A stretch of 48,974 nt of DNA from Candidatus Eiseniibacteriota bacterium. GTDB taxonomy: Bacteria; ARS69. Position numbers and translations under genes: made by a program. The notes under the pieces are model-generated. The model was not told where the DNA came from, made no database searches, and saw nothing but the letters and a program-made list of their open reading frames with translations. The stretch spans positions 1 to 48,974 of the forward strand of contig JBQTGV010000019.1 in the NCBI GenBank assembly GCA_052390515.1. The letters are read 5' to 3'. Positions 26,186 to 35,661 of the stretch are shown piece after piece; within the stretch, counting starts at the first letter, position 1; every line of letters begins with the position of its first letter.

Positions 26186-27120
26186 ACCTCGCCCGGGTGG
26201 CCGGTGACGTAGCCGACGAGCTCGCCGAACGCCCAGATCGCTTGCAGCAGGAAGATGAGCGGAAGCGCCGCCGCGAACTTCGCCACGAACCGGCCGCGGC
26301 GCCGTACGCCGGCCGCCAGCCGCGCCGTCAGCAGGAACGGCAGCGCCGCCGTCCCCACCGCGAAGACGAGCCGGCGCCCGAGCGGCGCTCCGCGCACCCG
26401 CGTCCCCGCATACGACCGCGCCCACACGTAGCGCTCGCGGAGGGCCCAGCCAAGCGTCAATCCCTTGCGCACCTGCTGCACGGTGCTCCTCGGCGTGAGC
26501 CAGATCTCGTGACCCTTCGCCACGAGCGCGCCGTGCACGACGGTCTCGTGATAGTCACCCTCCCACGCGCCGCGGACGGACTCCAGCGCCTCGCGGCGGT
26601 AGGCCACGTTGGAATCGCTGACGTAGTGTGCCGGCCCCTCGGGAAGTGGGTTCTGGTAGCGGCCGAAGTCGCACCACCAGACCGCCCAGTTCAGCAGCGT
26701 GTCCTCGCCGCACTCGACGGCGCCGCCGATGGCGGCGGCACGGCCGTTCTCGGTCAGGAGCCGGACCATGTCCGCGGCCCAGGTATCCGACGCTACCGCG
26801 TGATCCTCGGTCAGCGCAACGATCCGCCCGCGCGCCGCCTTCAATCCGATCGTGCGCAGGGAGTCGTGATGCTCACGCCCGGCGCCGCTCCGCGCCTTCG
26901 CAGTGTCGAGGTGTGCGGCCTCCAGGAACCTCACCGCGGGAAACTCGCCGGACAGCCGGGCCACGTCCCTGCACGGCGGATCCCAGGGGACGATCACTTC
27001 GAAGGGCGGCGGGCTCTTCTGCGCGGCCAGCGCGGCGAGACAGCGACGCAGGTCGTCGGCCTTTCCGGAAATGAGACCGACGACGATGGAGAGCTCGGGC
27101 TGCGCGGGCGGGTCGATCAA
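26182..27120 (-). CDS. GT2-like glycosyltransferase (paralogue of 16023-16931)
   Basis: [32 protein letters not shown] start overlaps the radical SAM stop. Confidence 0.8.
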   Translation of the reverse strand: MIDPPAQPELSIVVGLISGKADDLRRCLAALAAQKSPPPFEVIVPWDPPCRDVARLSGEFPAVRFLEAAHLDTAKARSGAGREHHDSLRTIGLKAARGRIVALTEDHAVASDTWAADMVRLLTENGRAAAIGGAVECGEDTLLNWAVWWCDFGRYQNPLPEGPAHYVSDSNVAYRREALESVRGAWEGDYHETVVHGALVAKGHEIWLTPRSTVQQVRKGLTLGWALRERYVWARSYAGTRVRGAPLGRRLVFAVGTAALPFLLTARLAAGVRRRGRFVAKFAAALPLIFLLQAIWAFGELVGYVTGHPGEV

Positions 27121-28268
27121 GTGTCGCCGTTCACCGCGGCGGCCGAGCCGTTCAGGACCTTCGCCCGATCCACGGCGGTCAGCGGCACCGGGTGCCGCCA
27201 GATCTTCGCCCCGAGCGCCGCTCCGATGAGCTGCAGCGGCTGGTAGGTGATGCTCGGCCAGAGGAACACCTCGTTCGTGCAGGTGCATTCCTTGTTGCGG
27301 ATGATGCGCCGCTGCGCCTCGGCCTCCTCGGAGAACCACAGCTCGCGGAAGGACTTCTGCCGCAGATTCCCCAGCGGCTGGAAGTACGCCTCCGTCTCGC
27401 ACACCGCGACGTTGCCGTTCGCGTGGATGACGCCGGAGAGGTTGCCGGCCTTGCACGGCACGAGCATCTTGCCGGCCTGCGCGGTGCGGACCTTCGCCCA
27501 GGTGAGCATCGGGTCGACGACGGAGCCGAAGCGCTTCAGCTCGCGTTCCGCCCAGAGCCGCCGATGGTACGCGGCCAGCTCCGAGTACGCTTCCAGCGCC
27601 GGCCGCTCCAGCGTCTCGTCCTTCCGCTCGCCGCGGATCAGCGCGAGGTTGTGATGATCGATCTTCGGGCAACGCTCGTACAGGAACGTGGTGAGGCGAC
27701 GGATCTCCTCCACGTTCGTCTGCGTGACCGTCGAGATGGAGTGGATGCGCAACCGCGGATCCTTCGCCTGCAGCTCGGCCAGCGCCTCGTACGTCTCCAT
27801 CGCCTTCTCGAACGACTGCGGATGCCCGCGGAACTTGTTGTGGAACTCGGGCATGCCGTCGAGGGAAAGCTCGCAGGCGAACAGCGTGAGGTCCTTGTTC
27901 TCGAGGATCTGCTCGAGCGCGGCGATCGTCCGCTTCGTGTAGAAGCCGTTCGTCGGCACGTAGATGAAGCGCACCTTGTTGTGGTTGATGAACTGCAGGC
28001 AGATCTCGGCGAACTCCTTGCGGATGAACGGCTCGCCGCCGGAGAGGTTCAGGTGATCGAAGGGATCCAGCTCCTTCGAGAGCCGCACCAGCTCGTCGAA
28101 GGTCAGGTCGTCGCGCTTGTTCAGGTTGCGCCAGTAGAAGCAGTGGTCGCAGGTCAGGTTGCAGATCGAGTTGATGAACAGGATCAGGAACTCGGGCGTG
28201 CCCTTGATGACCTCGTGCGCGCGCAGCGAAAGGCGGGCATGGCGAACTGCGCGCTGGGCCAGGGACAC
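27117..28268 (-). CDS. Radical SAM enzyme with Twitch/SPASM-like C-terminal domain
   Basis: [22 protein letters not shown]...GNVAVCE...LGNL...CTC; GTG start 28268. Confidence 0.92.
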   Translation of the reverse strand: MSLAQRAVRHARLSLRAHEVIKGTPEFLILFINSICNLTCDHCFYWRNLNKRDDLTFDELVRLSKELDPFDHLNLSGGEPFIRKEFAEICLQFINHNKVRFIYVPTNGFYTKRTIAALEQILENKDLTLFACELSLDGMPEFHNKFRGHPQSFEKAMETYEALAELQAKDPRLRIHSISTVTQTNVEEIRRLTTFLYERCPKIDHHNLALIRGERKDETLERPALEAYSELAAYHRRLWAERELKRFGSVVDPMLTWAKVRTAQAGKMLVPCKAGNLSGVIHANGNVAVCETEAYFQPLGNLRQKSFRELWFSEEAEAQRRIIRNKECTCTNEVFLWPSITYQPLQLIGAALGAKIWRHPVPLTAVDRAKVLNGSAAAVNGDT

Positions 28269-28344
28269 GGGGTTCCTCGAGGGTGCGTGGAGGGGGCCGC
28301 CCACACGGATTTCTTCGGCAGGGGTGGACGGTGTCGTGAGCCGG

Positions 28345-28373
28345 AGGATACGGGCGCGGCGGCGGCGAGTCAA
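28345..28373 (-). promoter_or_regulatory. sigma70-type promoter for the radical SAM operon
   Basis: TTGACT-N17-TATCCT on the minus strand. Confidence 0.65.
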
Positions 28374-28455
28374 CCGGCCTTGTCCCAAGGGCTTCCGCGG
28401 GGCGTTGGTGGCGCGGCCGCGGCGGCGTCGAGCATCCGCGAAAAGCCGCAAGCGA

Positions 28456-28476
28456 TGCTATGATCGCCCGCCGCTT
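28456..28476 (+). promoter_or_regulatory. Extended -10 promoter motif, copy 1
   Basis: TGCTATGATCGCCCGCCGCTT; near-identical copy at 37347-37327. Confidence 0.6.
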
Positions 28477-28525
28477 CGACCGAGATCCGAGCAGGACCGG
28501 GTGCCGGCGAGATCCGGGAGACGAC

Positions 28526-29527
28526 ATGGCGCTCTACTTCTCGGTCATCGTACCCGTGTGGAACGGCGGGACCGCGTTTCGCGCGTGCCTGGCCGCGCTA
28601 TCCCGCTCGACGTTCCGGGACTGGGAGCTGATCGTCGTGGACGACGGCTCGACGGACGGGTCCGACGCGCTGGCCGAGCAGGCCGGCGCCCAGCTCCTGC
28701 GGACCAACGGCCGCGTCGGCCCCGGGGCGGCGCGGAACCAGGGTGCCGCGCAGGCCCGCGGCGAGTTCGTGTTCTTCGTGGACGCGGACTGCGAAGTGGC
28801 GCCCGAGACGCTGGAGCGCGCGGCGAAGGCGCTTCGCGCAGATCCGGGTCTCGACGCGCTCTTCGGTTCGTACGACGACGCGCCGGTCGCGCGCACGCTG
28901 ATCTCGCAGTACAAGAACCTGCAGCACCACTTCGTGCACCAGCACGGCAGCCCCGAGGCAGCGACCTTCTGGTCGGGGTGCGGCGTGATGCGGCGGACGC
29001 GCTTCCTCGAGCTCGGCGGCTTCGACGTGGCGCGCTATCCGCGGCCGAGCATCGAAGACATCGAGCTCGGCTACCGGCTTCGTCGCGCCGGCGGACGCAT
29101 CCGTCTGGACAAGGACGTGCAGGTCAAGCACCACAAGAAGTGGACGCTGCGCGGGCTGGTGCAGACCGATGTGTTCGACCGCGGGATTCCCTGGACGCTG
29201 CTCACCCTGGAACGTCCCGAGATCATCGTGCCGGACCTGAATCTCCGCTGGCAGGGCAAGGCGAGCGTCGCGGCCTCCGTGCTGCTCGTGCTGCTGCTCG
29301 TCGCGTCGCTGCTCGAGCCGCGGACGCTGGCCGCGGCGGCGGCTGTCGGCGTCCTGCTGCTCGTGCTGAACCTGGACTTCTACCGCTTCTTCCTCCGCAA
29401 GCGCGGCCTGCTTTTCATGCTCGCGTCCGTGCCCCTGCACTGGTTCTACTTCGCGTACTGCGCAGTGGCCTACGCCATGGGCCAGGCTCGGTTCCGCCTG
29501 GCGCGCCGGCCGTCGCGACCGGCTTGA
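28526..29527 (+). CDS. GT2 glycosyltransferase
   Basis: SVIVPVWN, VDDGSTD, ARNQG, FVDAD, IEDIELGYRL; C-terminal TM helices. Confidence 0.93.
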   Translation: MALYFSVIVPVWNGGTAFRACLAALSRSTFRDWELIVVDDGSTDGSDALAEQAGAQLLRTNGRVGPGAARNQGAAQARGEFVFFVDADCEVAPETLERAAKALRADPGLDALFGSYDDAPVARTLISQYKNLQHHFVHQHGSPEAATFWSGCGVMRRTRFLELGGFDVARYPRPSIEDIELGYRLRRAGGRIRLDKDVQVKHHKKWTLRGLVQTDVFDRGIPWTLLTLERPEIIVPDLNLRWQGKASVAASVLLVLLLVASLLEPRTLAAAAAVGVLLLVLNLDFYRFFLRKRGLLFMLASVPLHWFYFAYCAVAYAMGQARFRLARRPSRPA

Positions 29528-29612
29528 CTCGGGCACTGCCGCGCGACAATAGTGCAGCCACTCCGGTGCCTCGGAGCGTCCCCCCTCGCGCCGGAGCCCC
29601 TGGAGGTGTACC

Positions 29613-30242
29613 ATGTTTCGGAGACGAATCGGCGAGCGCCTGCTTGCCGCTCTCATGCTGGCATTCTGTGGCGCGTCGGTCTCGTTCGCTCTGCCGCCCG
29701 GAGTTCCCGACCCTCCCATGACGTTCGTGGGTCTGTCGGCGCCCGCCGTGGCGTGTCAGTATCGCTTCAACTCCGTCGGTACGCTGGACGCGTTGACCGT
29801 GACCGTGGCGGTCGACGACGAGTTCGGAGTCCCGGTCGGTTTCACGCCGATCACGGTGGAGCTCGTTCCGAACGCGGCGACGCTGGCGTTCTGCACCTGT
29901 GACGTGAACCCCGCGCTGTTCTTCACCGACGCGTTCGGTGGCGGCGTGGCGGCCTTCGATCAGGTCGCGGGCCGGGGCGGCCTGGACGTCGTCGTGACCG
30001 CAGTCGGGTTCTTTCCTCCCATCGTGCTTGCGGTCATCCCGATCACGTTCACCAGTCCGGACCTCAGCGGAAGCTGCGCGCTGGCGCCGGCCCCGTCGGT
30101 GACGATCGCGGACCTCGGGATCTGGGCGGCCGGACTGCCTCCCGGGTACCTCATAGGGTCCGACTACAACTGCGACGGGGTGGTGAGCGTCGTGGACCTC
30201 GGGTTCTGGGCGGCGAACGGGCTGGCCGTCCCCGGCTGCTGA
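29613..30242 (+). CDS. Secreted Cys-containing protein with dockerin-like C-terminal repeat
   Basis: Signal peptide; SPDLSGS...VTIADLGIWAA and SDYNCDGVVSVVDLGFWAA; GGAGG SD. Confidence 0.8.
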   Translation: MFRRRIGERLLAALMLAFCGASVSFALPPGVPDPPMTFVGLSAPAVACQYRFNSVGTLDALTVTVAVDDEFGVPVGFTPITVELVPNAATLAFCTCDVNPALFFTDAFGGGVAAFDQVAGRGGLDVVVTAVGFFPPIVLAVIPITFTSPDLSGSCALAPAPSVTIADLGIWAAGLPPGYLIGSDYNCDGVVSVVDLGFWAANGLAVPGC

Positions 30243-30249
30243 CGCGGCT

Positions 30250-31002
30250 TCAGTGGTGGGGCTCTCCGGTCGCGGTGAGCGCCCGTCGCAGGCGGCGGCC
30301 GAACCCACGCGCCGCGACGTACGCCGCGAACACCGGCGAGCCCCACCGCTCCAGGATGCCCGGAGTCTGGAAGTAGTACGCGTCGAGCCGGGGGAGGAAG
30401 CGCGGGTCGTCGGCGCGCCCGAGCAGACGAAACTCGTCGGTGCAGGCGAACGAGTAAGCGGAAGAGGCGGCAGCGGCGACGCGCGCATCGGCGAAGCCGT
30501 ACGGGTACGCGAGGATCGACGGGCGCCGCCCGGTGACCGTGGCGATGCGGTCGGCGGCGCCGGTCAGCTCCTCGGCGAGCGCGCGGTCGTCCAGCCGGCG
30601 CAGATCCCGGTGCGACACCGCGTGCGATTCCAGCGCCACGCCCTCGCCCGCCAGGCGTGCCAGCGCGTCCCAGCCCAGCAGCGGCAGCTCGGGGATCCCG
30701 GCGTAGGTCTCGTCCGGCCAGCGGTTCGTCCGTCCGGCGTGTCCCGTGGGGACGAACACGGTGGCCGGGATGCCGTGCTCCCGCAGCATCGGCCAGGCGA
30801 TCTCGGCGAAGCTCGAGAACGCGTCGTCGAACGTGACGGCGACGGCCTCGACATCGGTGGGGCCGCGCAGCAGCTCGGGCAGCGGCACCACCGGCACCTT
30901 CCCCGAAGCGAGCCACCGGACGTGCCGGCGGAACGCCTCGGGGCTCACCGAGATCGGCGACCCCGATGGGTCGATGGAGTGATACGTGAGGATGCCGCGC
31001 AC
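30250..31002 (-). CDS. Polysaccharide deacetylase (CE4/NodB family)
   Basis: ILTYHSI, VTFDDA, PATVFV, SHAVSH, AYPYG. Confidence 0.92.
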   Translation of the reverse strand: MRGILTYHSIDPSGSPISVSPEAFRRHVRWLASGKVPVVPLPELLRGPTDVEAVAVTFDDAFSSFAEIAWPMLREHGIPATVFVPTGHAGRTNRWPDETYAGIPELPLLGWDALARLAGEGVALESHAVSHRDLRRLDDRALAEELTGAADRIATVTGRRPSILAYPYGFADARVAAAASSAYSFACTDEFRLLGRADDPRFLPRLDAYYFQTPGILERWGSPVFAAYVAARGFGRRLRRALTATGEPHH

Positions 31003-31004
31003 GA

Positions 31005-31997
31005 TCAGCGCGCGGCGCCGCTGGGCTTGCCCTCGAGCCGGCGGCGCTGATCGGTGACCACGTCCTCGACGATCCGGTCGAGCTTCGTCTCGGGCCGGAA
31101 GCCGATGACCCGGTGCAGCTTCTCGACCGAGGGCTTGCGACGCATCATGTCCTCGAAACCCTTCGGGTAGGCCTCGTCGTAGGGGATGCGCACGATGGGC
31201 GAGCGGCTTCCGGCGGCGGCCTTGACCCTCTCGGCGAGCGCGAAGATCGAGACTTCCTGCTCCGTACCGATGTTGAAGACCTGCCCGCGAGCTGCCGGCG
31301 CGTTCAGCAGCCGGCACACCGCCTCGACCACGTCGGCCACGTGGGCGAAGCAACGGGTCTGATCGCCCGAGCCGTAGACCGTGATCGGCTCGCCGCGCAG
31401 GGCCTGTTGGGCGAAGTTCGGGAGCACCATGCCGTAGCGTCCGGTCTGGCGCGGCCCGACCGTGTTGAAGAAGCGCGCGACGATGACCGGAAGCCCACGC
31501 TCCGCCGCGTACCCCAGGGCGAGCCACTCGTCGAGCGCCTTCGACCCCGCGTAGCTCCAGCGCGAGTGCGCGGTGGCGCCGAGCACGAGGTCGTCCTCTT
31601 CGCCGAAGGCTTCCTTGGCGCTCTTCCCGTACACCTCGGACGTGGACGCGACGAACACCGGCTGGTTCCGCTCCGCCGCCGCTCGCAGCACGACGCTCGT
31701 TCCGCCGACGTTCGTCTCGATCGTGTGCACCGGCCGCTCGGTCACGAGGCGAACGCCCACCGCGGCCGCGAGATGCACGGTGACGTCGGCGCGGTCCATC
31801 AGGCGCGCCACGGCCTCCGCGTCCGTCACCGTGCCGATCTCGTACGAGAAGGCGCCCTGGCCGACGAGAGACTCGACGTTGGCCAGGTCCCCGGTGGACA
31901 GGTCGTCGAGGATCGAGACGCTGTGGCCGTCGCGAACGAGGCGCTCGGCCAGATGCGACCCGATGAAGCCGGCTCCGCCGGTGATGAAGTACCTCAC
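31005..31997 (-). CDS. NAD-dependent nucleotide-sugar epimerase/dehydratase
   Basis: TGGAGFIGSH, STSEVYG, YAGSK, RFFNTVGPRQ, GDQTRCF. Confidence 0.95.
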   Translation of the reverse strand: MRYFITGGAGFIGSHLAERLVRDGHSVSILDDLSTGDLANVESLVGQGAFSYEIGTVTDAEAVARLMDRADVTVHLAAAVGVRLVTERPVHTIETNVGGTSVVLRAAAERNQPVFVASTSEVYGKSAKEAFGEEDDLVLGATAHSRWSYAGSKALDEWLALGYAAERGLPVIVARFFNTVGPRQTGRYGMVLPNFAQQALRGEPITVYGSGDQTRCFAHVADVVEAVCRLLNAPAARGQVFNIGTEQEVSIFALAERVKAAAGSRSPIVRIPYDEAYPKGFEDMMRRKPSVEKLHRVIGFRPETKLDRIVEDVVTDQRRRLEGKPSGAAR

Positions 31998-33256
31998 GAC
32001 GCGAGCGCCCTCACGATCTCGGTTCGCCCCGTGGCCTCCGCGGCCCGCCGCACCACGTCCAGGTACTTCGGCATCACCGCCTCCTCCGACCAGTAGCGCA
32101 CGAACCCGTCGCGGGCGGCCACCGCGAGCGCGCTGCGCCGCGCCGGATCCTGCTGGATGCGCCGCATCGCCGCAACCAGTTCCTCCGGTCCGGAGAAGAG
32201 GTCGCCGCCCCCGCAGCGCTCCACGATCTCCGGGAACGGTCCCAGCCGCCGCGCGATCACCGGCGTGGCCTGGCGGAACGCCTCGATGATGATGATGCCG
32301 AAGGTCTCGGGCCCGACCGACGGGACGATCAGCGCGAGCGCGTGCCGGTAGAGCCGGCTGAGCTGGTCCGGCGGGATCCGTCCGAGGAACTTCACGTTCG
32401 CCGAGTCGCGGCCGATCTCGCGCAGGGTCGCGCCGTATTCGCCGTCCCCGGCGATGAGCAGGTCCGCGTCGGGATAGTCGCGGAACGCGGGGATCACGTC
32501 GTCCAGACCCTTGAGGCGCTCGAGCCGTCCGACGAACAGGAAGTACGGGCGATCGTGCGGCGGCTTCTCGCCGTTCGCCGTGGATGACGCCGGTGCCGGC
32601 GCCTCGTCGGGCAGGAAGTAGTTCACCACCTCCATCTCGCGGCGGAAGCCGAACTCGCGGTGCTTCTGCCGGCTGTACTCGCTCATGGCGATGAACGCGT
32701 CCACGTGGCGGAGGTTCGCCTCGAGCAAGCCCGTCCGCCGCCACCATTGCGGCGGCCGCCGGTAGTGCATCACGCAGCGCAGGCACTGGCGGCCGGTGCA
32801 GGCCTCGCGCAGGTGCCGCCACAGCACGTGGCTTTCGCACACCAGCCAGTGCTCGTGCGCCATGTACAGCTTGAGTGCCTTGCCCAGCGCGAGCACACCG
32901 GGACCACCCACCAGCGAGATGTTGTGGAAGTTGATGACGTCGAAGCCGCCGTCCTCGAGGATCCGCCGGATCCGCCCGCCGTGAACGACGGGCCGTCCGG
33001 TCTGCTGCGTGAGCAGGAGCGAGAGCTGGCGCAGCCCGCTGCGCAGGGGGACGAGCTTCACTCCCTCGTCGGTCTCCGGGACCGCCGGCTCCTTCCCCCG
33101 ACTCAGCACGCGGTAGGCGTCGGTGTCCAGCACCACGGTCACGTCGTGGCCGCGCCGGACGAGCGCCCGCGAGAAACGCTGGATTCCCATCCCGTCCCCT
33201 CCGAAGTTGAAGGGGGGATAGAACGTCGTGACCATGCAGAATCGGAGGCGGCTCAC
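31994..33256 (-). CDS. GT4 glycosyltransferase
   Basis: TTFYPP...GG, FVGRL..LKG, ETFGIIIIEA; GTG start 33256. Confidence 0.93.
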   Translation of the reverse strand: MSRLRFCMVTTFYPPFNFGGDGMGIQRFSRALVRRGHDVTVVLDTDAYRVLSRGKEPAVPETDEGVKLVPLRSGLRQLSLLLTQQTGRPVVHGGRIRRILEDGGFDVINFHNISLVGGPGVLALGKALKLYMAHEHWLVCESHVLWRHLREACTGRQCLRCVMHYRRPPQWWRRTGLLEANLRHVDAFIAMSEYSRQKHREFGFRREMEVVNYFLPDEAPAPASSTANGEKPPHDRPYFLFVGRLERLKGLDDVIPAFRDYPDADLLIAGDGEYGATLREIGRDSANVKFLGRIPPDQLSRLYRHALALIVPSVGPETFGIIIIEAFRQATPVIARRLGPFPEIVERCGGGDLFSGPEELVAAMRRIQQDPARRSALAVAARDGFVRYWSEEAVMPKYLDVVRRAAEATGRTEIVRALAS

Positions 33257-33375
33257 GTGCGCATCTCGGGCGCTTTCTCGAAGGGACGCGGCGAAAGGGC
33301 GCTGATATATTACCAGCGCCTTCGCCCGACGACACGAGTGGTGCCCGGTCAGTATCGGCATACGGAGCGGACCCG

Positions 33376-35190
33376 ATGAGTCGTACCATCGTGATCGGAG
33401 GGGGGCCGGCCGGCCTGACGGCCGCGTACGAGCTCACCAAGCTCGGGCAGGCGGCGGTCGTGTACGAGAAGGACTCCCAGGTCGGGGGCATCTCCCGGAC
33501 CGTGGAGCGCGACGGCTACCGCTTCGACATCGGCGGCCACCGCTTCTTCACCAAGGTCAAGCTGGTGCAGGAGATCTGGGAGGAGATCCTCGACGAGGAC
33601 TTCCTCGTGCGGCCCCGGCTCTCCCGGATCCACTACAACGGGAAGTTCTTCCACTATCCCCTTCGCCCGATGAACGCGCTGCTCGGGCTCGGCCCGATCG
33701 AGACGGTGCGCATCGGAGCGAGCTACGTCTGGGCGCAGATCGTGCCGCATCCCGAGGAACGCAACCTCGAGCAGTGGGTGTCGAACCGCTTCGGCCGGCG
33801 GCTCTTCGAGATCTTCTTCAAGACGTACACCGAGAAGGTGTGGGGCATGCCCTGCACGGAGATCAGCGCCGACTGGGCGGCGCAGCGCATCAAGAACCTC
33901 GACCTCGTGGCCGCGGTGAAGAACGCGCTGCTCGGTCAGGCCAGCAAGAAGGGCCAGGTCATCACCACGCTGATCGACGAGTTCCGTTACCCGCGCCTCG
34001 GTCCCGGCATGATGTGGGAGCAGTGCGTCGACCGGCTCGCGGCGCGCAACGTGCCGACCGTACTCGGCGCGTCCGTGCAGAAGCTGCATCGGGAGGGCGA
34101 CCGCATCACCCGCGCCACGATCCGCCACGCCGACGGCCGCGTCGAGGACGTCGCCGGGGACCACTTCATCTCGTCCATGCCGCTGCAGCAGCTGATCCTT
34201 TCGCTGGAGCCGGCGGCGCCCGCGCACGTGCAGCAGGCGGCGCGCAAGCTGCGCTACCGCGACTTCCTGACCGTGGTCCTGTTGGTGCGCGAGCCCGATC
34301 TCTTCCCCGACAACTGGATCTACATCCACTCGCCGAAGGTGAAGGTGGGCCGCGTCCAGAACTTCAAGAACTGGAGCCCGTACATGGTGGCGGATCCGGT
34401 GAAGACCTCCCTCGGGCTCGAGTACTTCGTGCAGGAGGGCGACGAGCTGTGGACCACGCCGGACGCGGAGCTGATCGCCCTGGGCACGAAGGAGATGGAG
34501 ACGCTCGGGCTGGTGGATCCGGGTGACGTGGAGACGGGCTGGGTCGTGCGCATGCCCAAGGCGTATCCCGTGTACGACGACTTCTACCAGCCGAGCGTCG
34601 CCGAGATCCGCGGGTACATCGAGGGCATGGCGAACCTGCAGACGATCGGCCGCAACGGCCAGCACCGCTACAACAACCAGGACCACTCGATGGTGACCGG
34701 CGTGTACGCGGCGCGCAACGTGACCGGCGCCACCTACGACGTGTGGGAGGTGAACGTCGAGCAGGAGTACCACGAGGAGGTCAGCGAGGCGGAGGCGAAG
34801 ACGAAGGGCGACCGGCTCGTTCCCGAGCGGGCCAAGGACCCCACGCTCGAGGAGCTCGTGCGCTGGGCGTTCGCGCAGTACGATGCGGTGGCCCTCGGCG
34901 TGGCGGTCGGGACGGTGATCGGCGTCGGGCTCTTCGCCGCGACGGTGATGACGTTGCTCGGCCCGGAGCCGAGGGGGCCGATGCTCCAGCTGCTCGGCCA
35001 CTACTTCCTGGGCTATCAGGTGACGTGGCCGGGAGCGTTCCTGATGCTCGCGGAGGCGTGGCTCGGCGGGTTCCTCGGAGGATGGCTCATCGCCAAGGCG
35101 GTCAACCTGCTCGTCGCGTCGTACGAGAACTCGATCCGGCGGCGCCTGCAGTTCGCGCGGACGCTGGATCCCCTGGAAGTGGAGGACTGA
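33376..35190 (+). CDS. FAD-dependent enzyme (UDP-galactopyranose mutase/PPO-like) fused to a C-terminal membrane domain
   Basis: GGGPAG, RFDIGGHRFF, AYPVY, GRNGQHRYNNQDHSM; hydrophobic last ~110 aa. Confidence 0.88.
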   Translation: MSRTIVIGGGPAGLTAAYELTKLGQAAVVYEKDSQVGGISRTVERDGYRFDIGGHRFFTKVKLVQEIWEEILDEDFLVRPRLSRIHYNGKFFHYPLRPMNALLGLGPIETVRIGASYVWAQIVPHPEERNLEQWVSNRFGRRLFEIFFKTYTEKVWGMPCTEISADWAAQRIKNLDLVAAVKNALLGQASKKGQVITTLIDEFRYPRLGPGMMWEQCVDRLAARNVPTVLGASVQKLHREGDRITRATIRHADGRVEDVAGDHFISSMPLQQLILSLEPAAPAHVQQAARKLRYRDFLTVVLLVREPDLFPDNWIYIHSPKVKVGRVQNFKNWSPYMVADPVKTSLGLEYFVQEGDELWTTPDAELIALGTKEMETLGLVDPGDVETGWVVRMPKAYPVYDDFYQPSVAEIRGYIEGMANLQTIGRNGQHRYNNQDHSMVTGVYAARNVTGATYDVWEVNVEQEYHEEVSEAEAKTKGDRLVPERAKDPTLEELVRWAFAQYDAVALGVAVGTVIGVGLFAATVMTLLGPEPRGPMLQLLGHYFLGYQVTWPGAFLMLAEAWLGGFLGGWLIAKAVNLLVASYENSIRRRLQFARTLDPLEVED

Positions 35191-35198
35191 CGTAGGCC

Positions 35199-35519
35199 AT
35201 GGTGGAGCCGAGAGAGAGGGAGATGATCCGGGCCGCGGTCGCCCGGCTGCGAGCCGGGATCACGGCGGTCGTGTTCGGGATGGTGTGCGGACTGGGCCTG
35301 TTCGTGGCCACGATCTGGCTGCTGATCCGCGGGGGTCCCTTCGTGGGCAAGACCCTGGGGCTTCTCGGGAACTACTTCCCGGGCTACTCGGTCACCTGGG
35401 GTGGCGCCGTCATTGGGCTCGCCTACGGCATCGCGTTCGGCGCACTGGTGGGATGGTCGACGGCCTCGATCTACAACTCCATCACGAACCTGCGCGAGCG
35501 GCGGCGCCGCACCGGGTGA
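35199..35519 (+). CDS. Small membrane protein homologous to the C-terminus of the upstream flavoprotein
   Basis: GLGLFVAT...LLGNYFPGYSVTWGGA versus GVGLFAAT...LLGHYFLGYQVTWPGA. Confidence 0.85.
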   Translation: MVEPREREMIRAAVARLRAGITAVVFGMVCGLGLFVATIWLLIRGGPFVGKTLGLLGNYFPGYSVTWGGAVIGLAYGIAFGALVGWSTASIYNSITNLRERRRRTG

Positions 35520-35638
35520 GCGCGCGTCCCGAAGAGAACGACGAGGATCACCGAGCGTCGTAGCCGTCGAGGCAAAGCCACGGACGGCGAGCGAGCTTGA
35601 GCGAGGCGATCCTCGTCGTTTTCTTCGGGACGGAACAC
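35520..35638. mobile_element. Second MITE-like hairpin element related to 9312-9475
   Basis: 25-bp arms 35525-35549/35608-35632 (1 mismatch); shares CCGAGCGTCGTAGCCG and CACGGA..CGAGCGAGC..AGCGAGG core. Confidence 0.75.
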
Positions 35639-35661
35639 CGGGCCGTTGCACGCCGCCTCGC

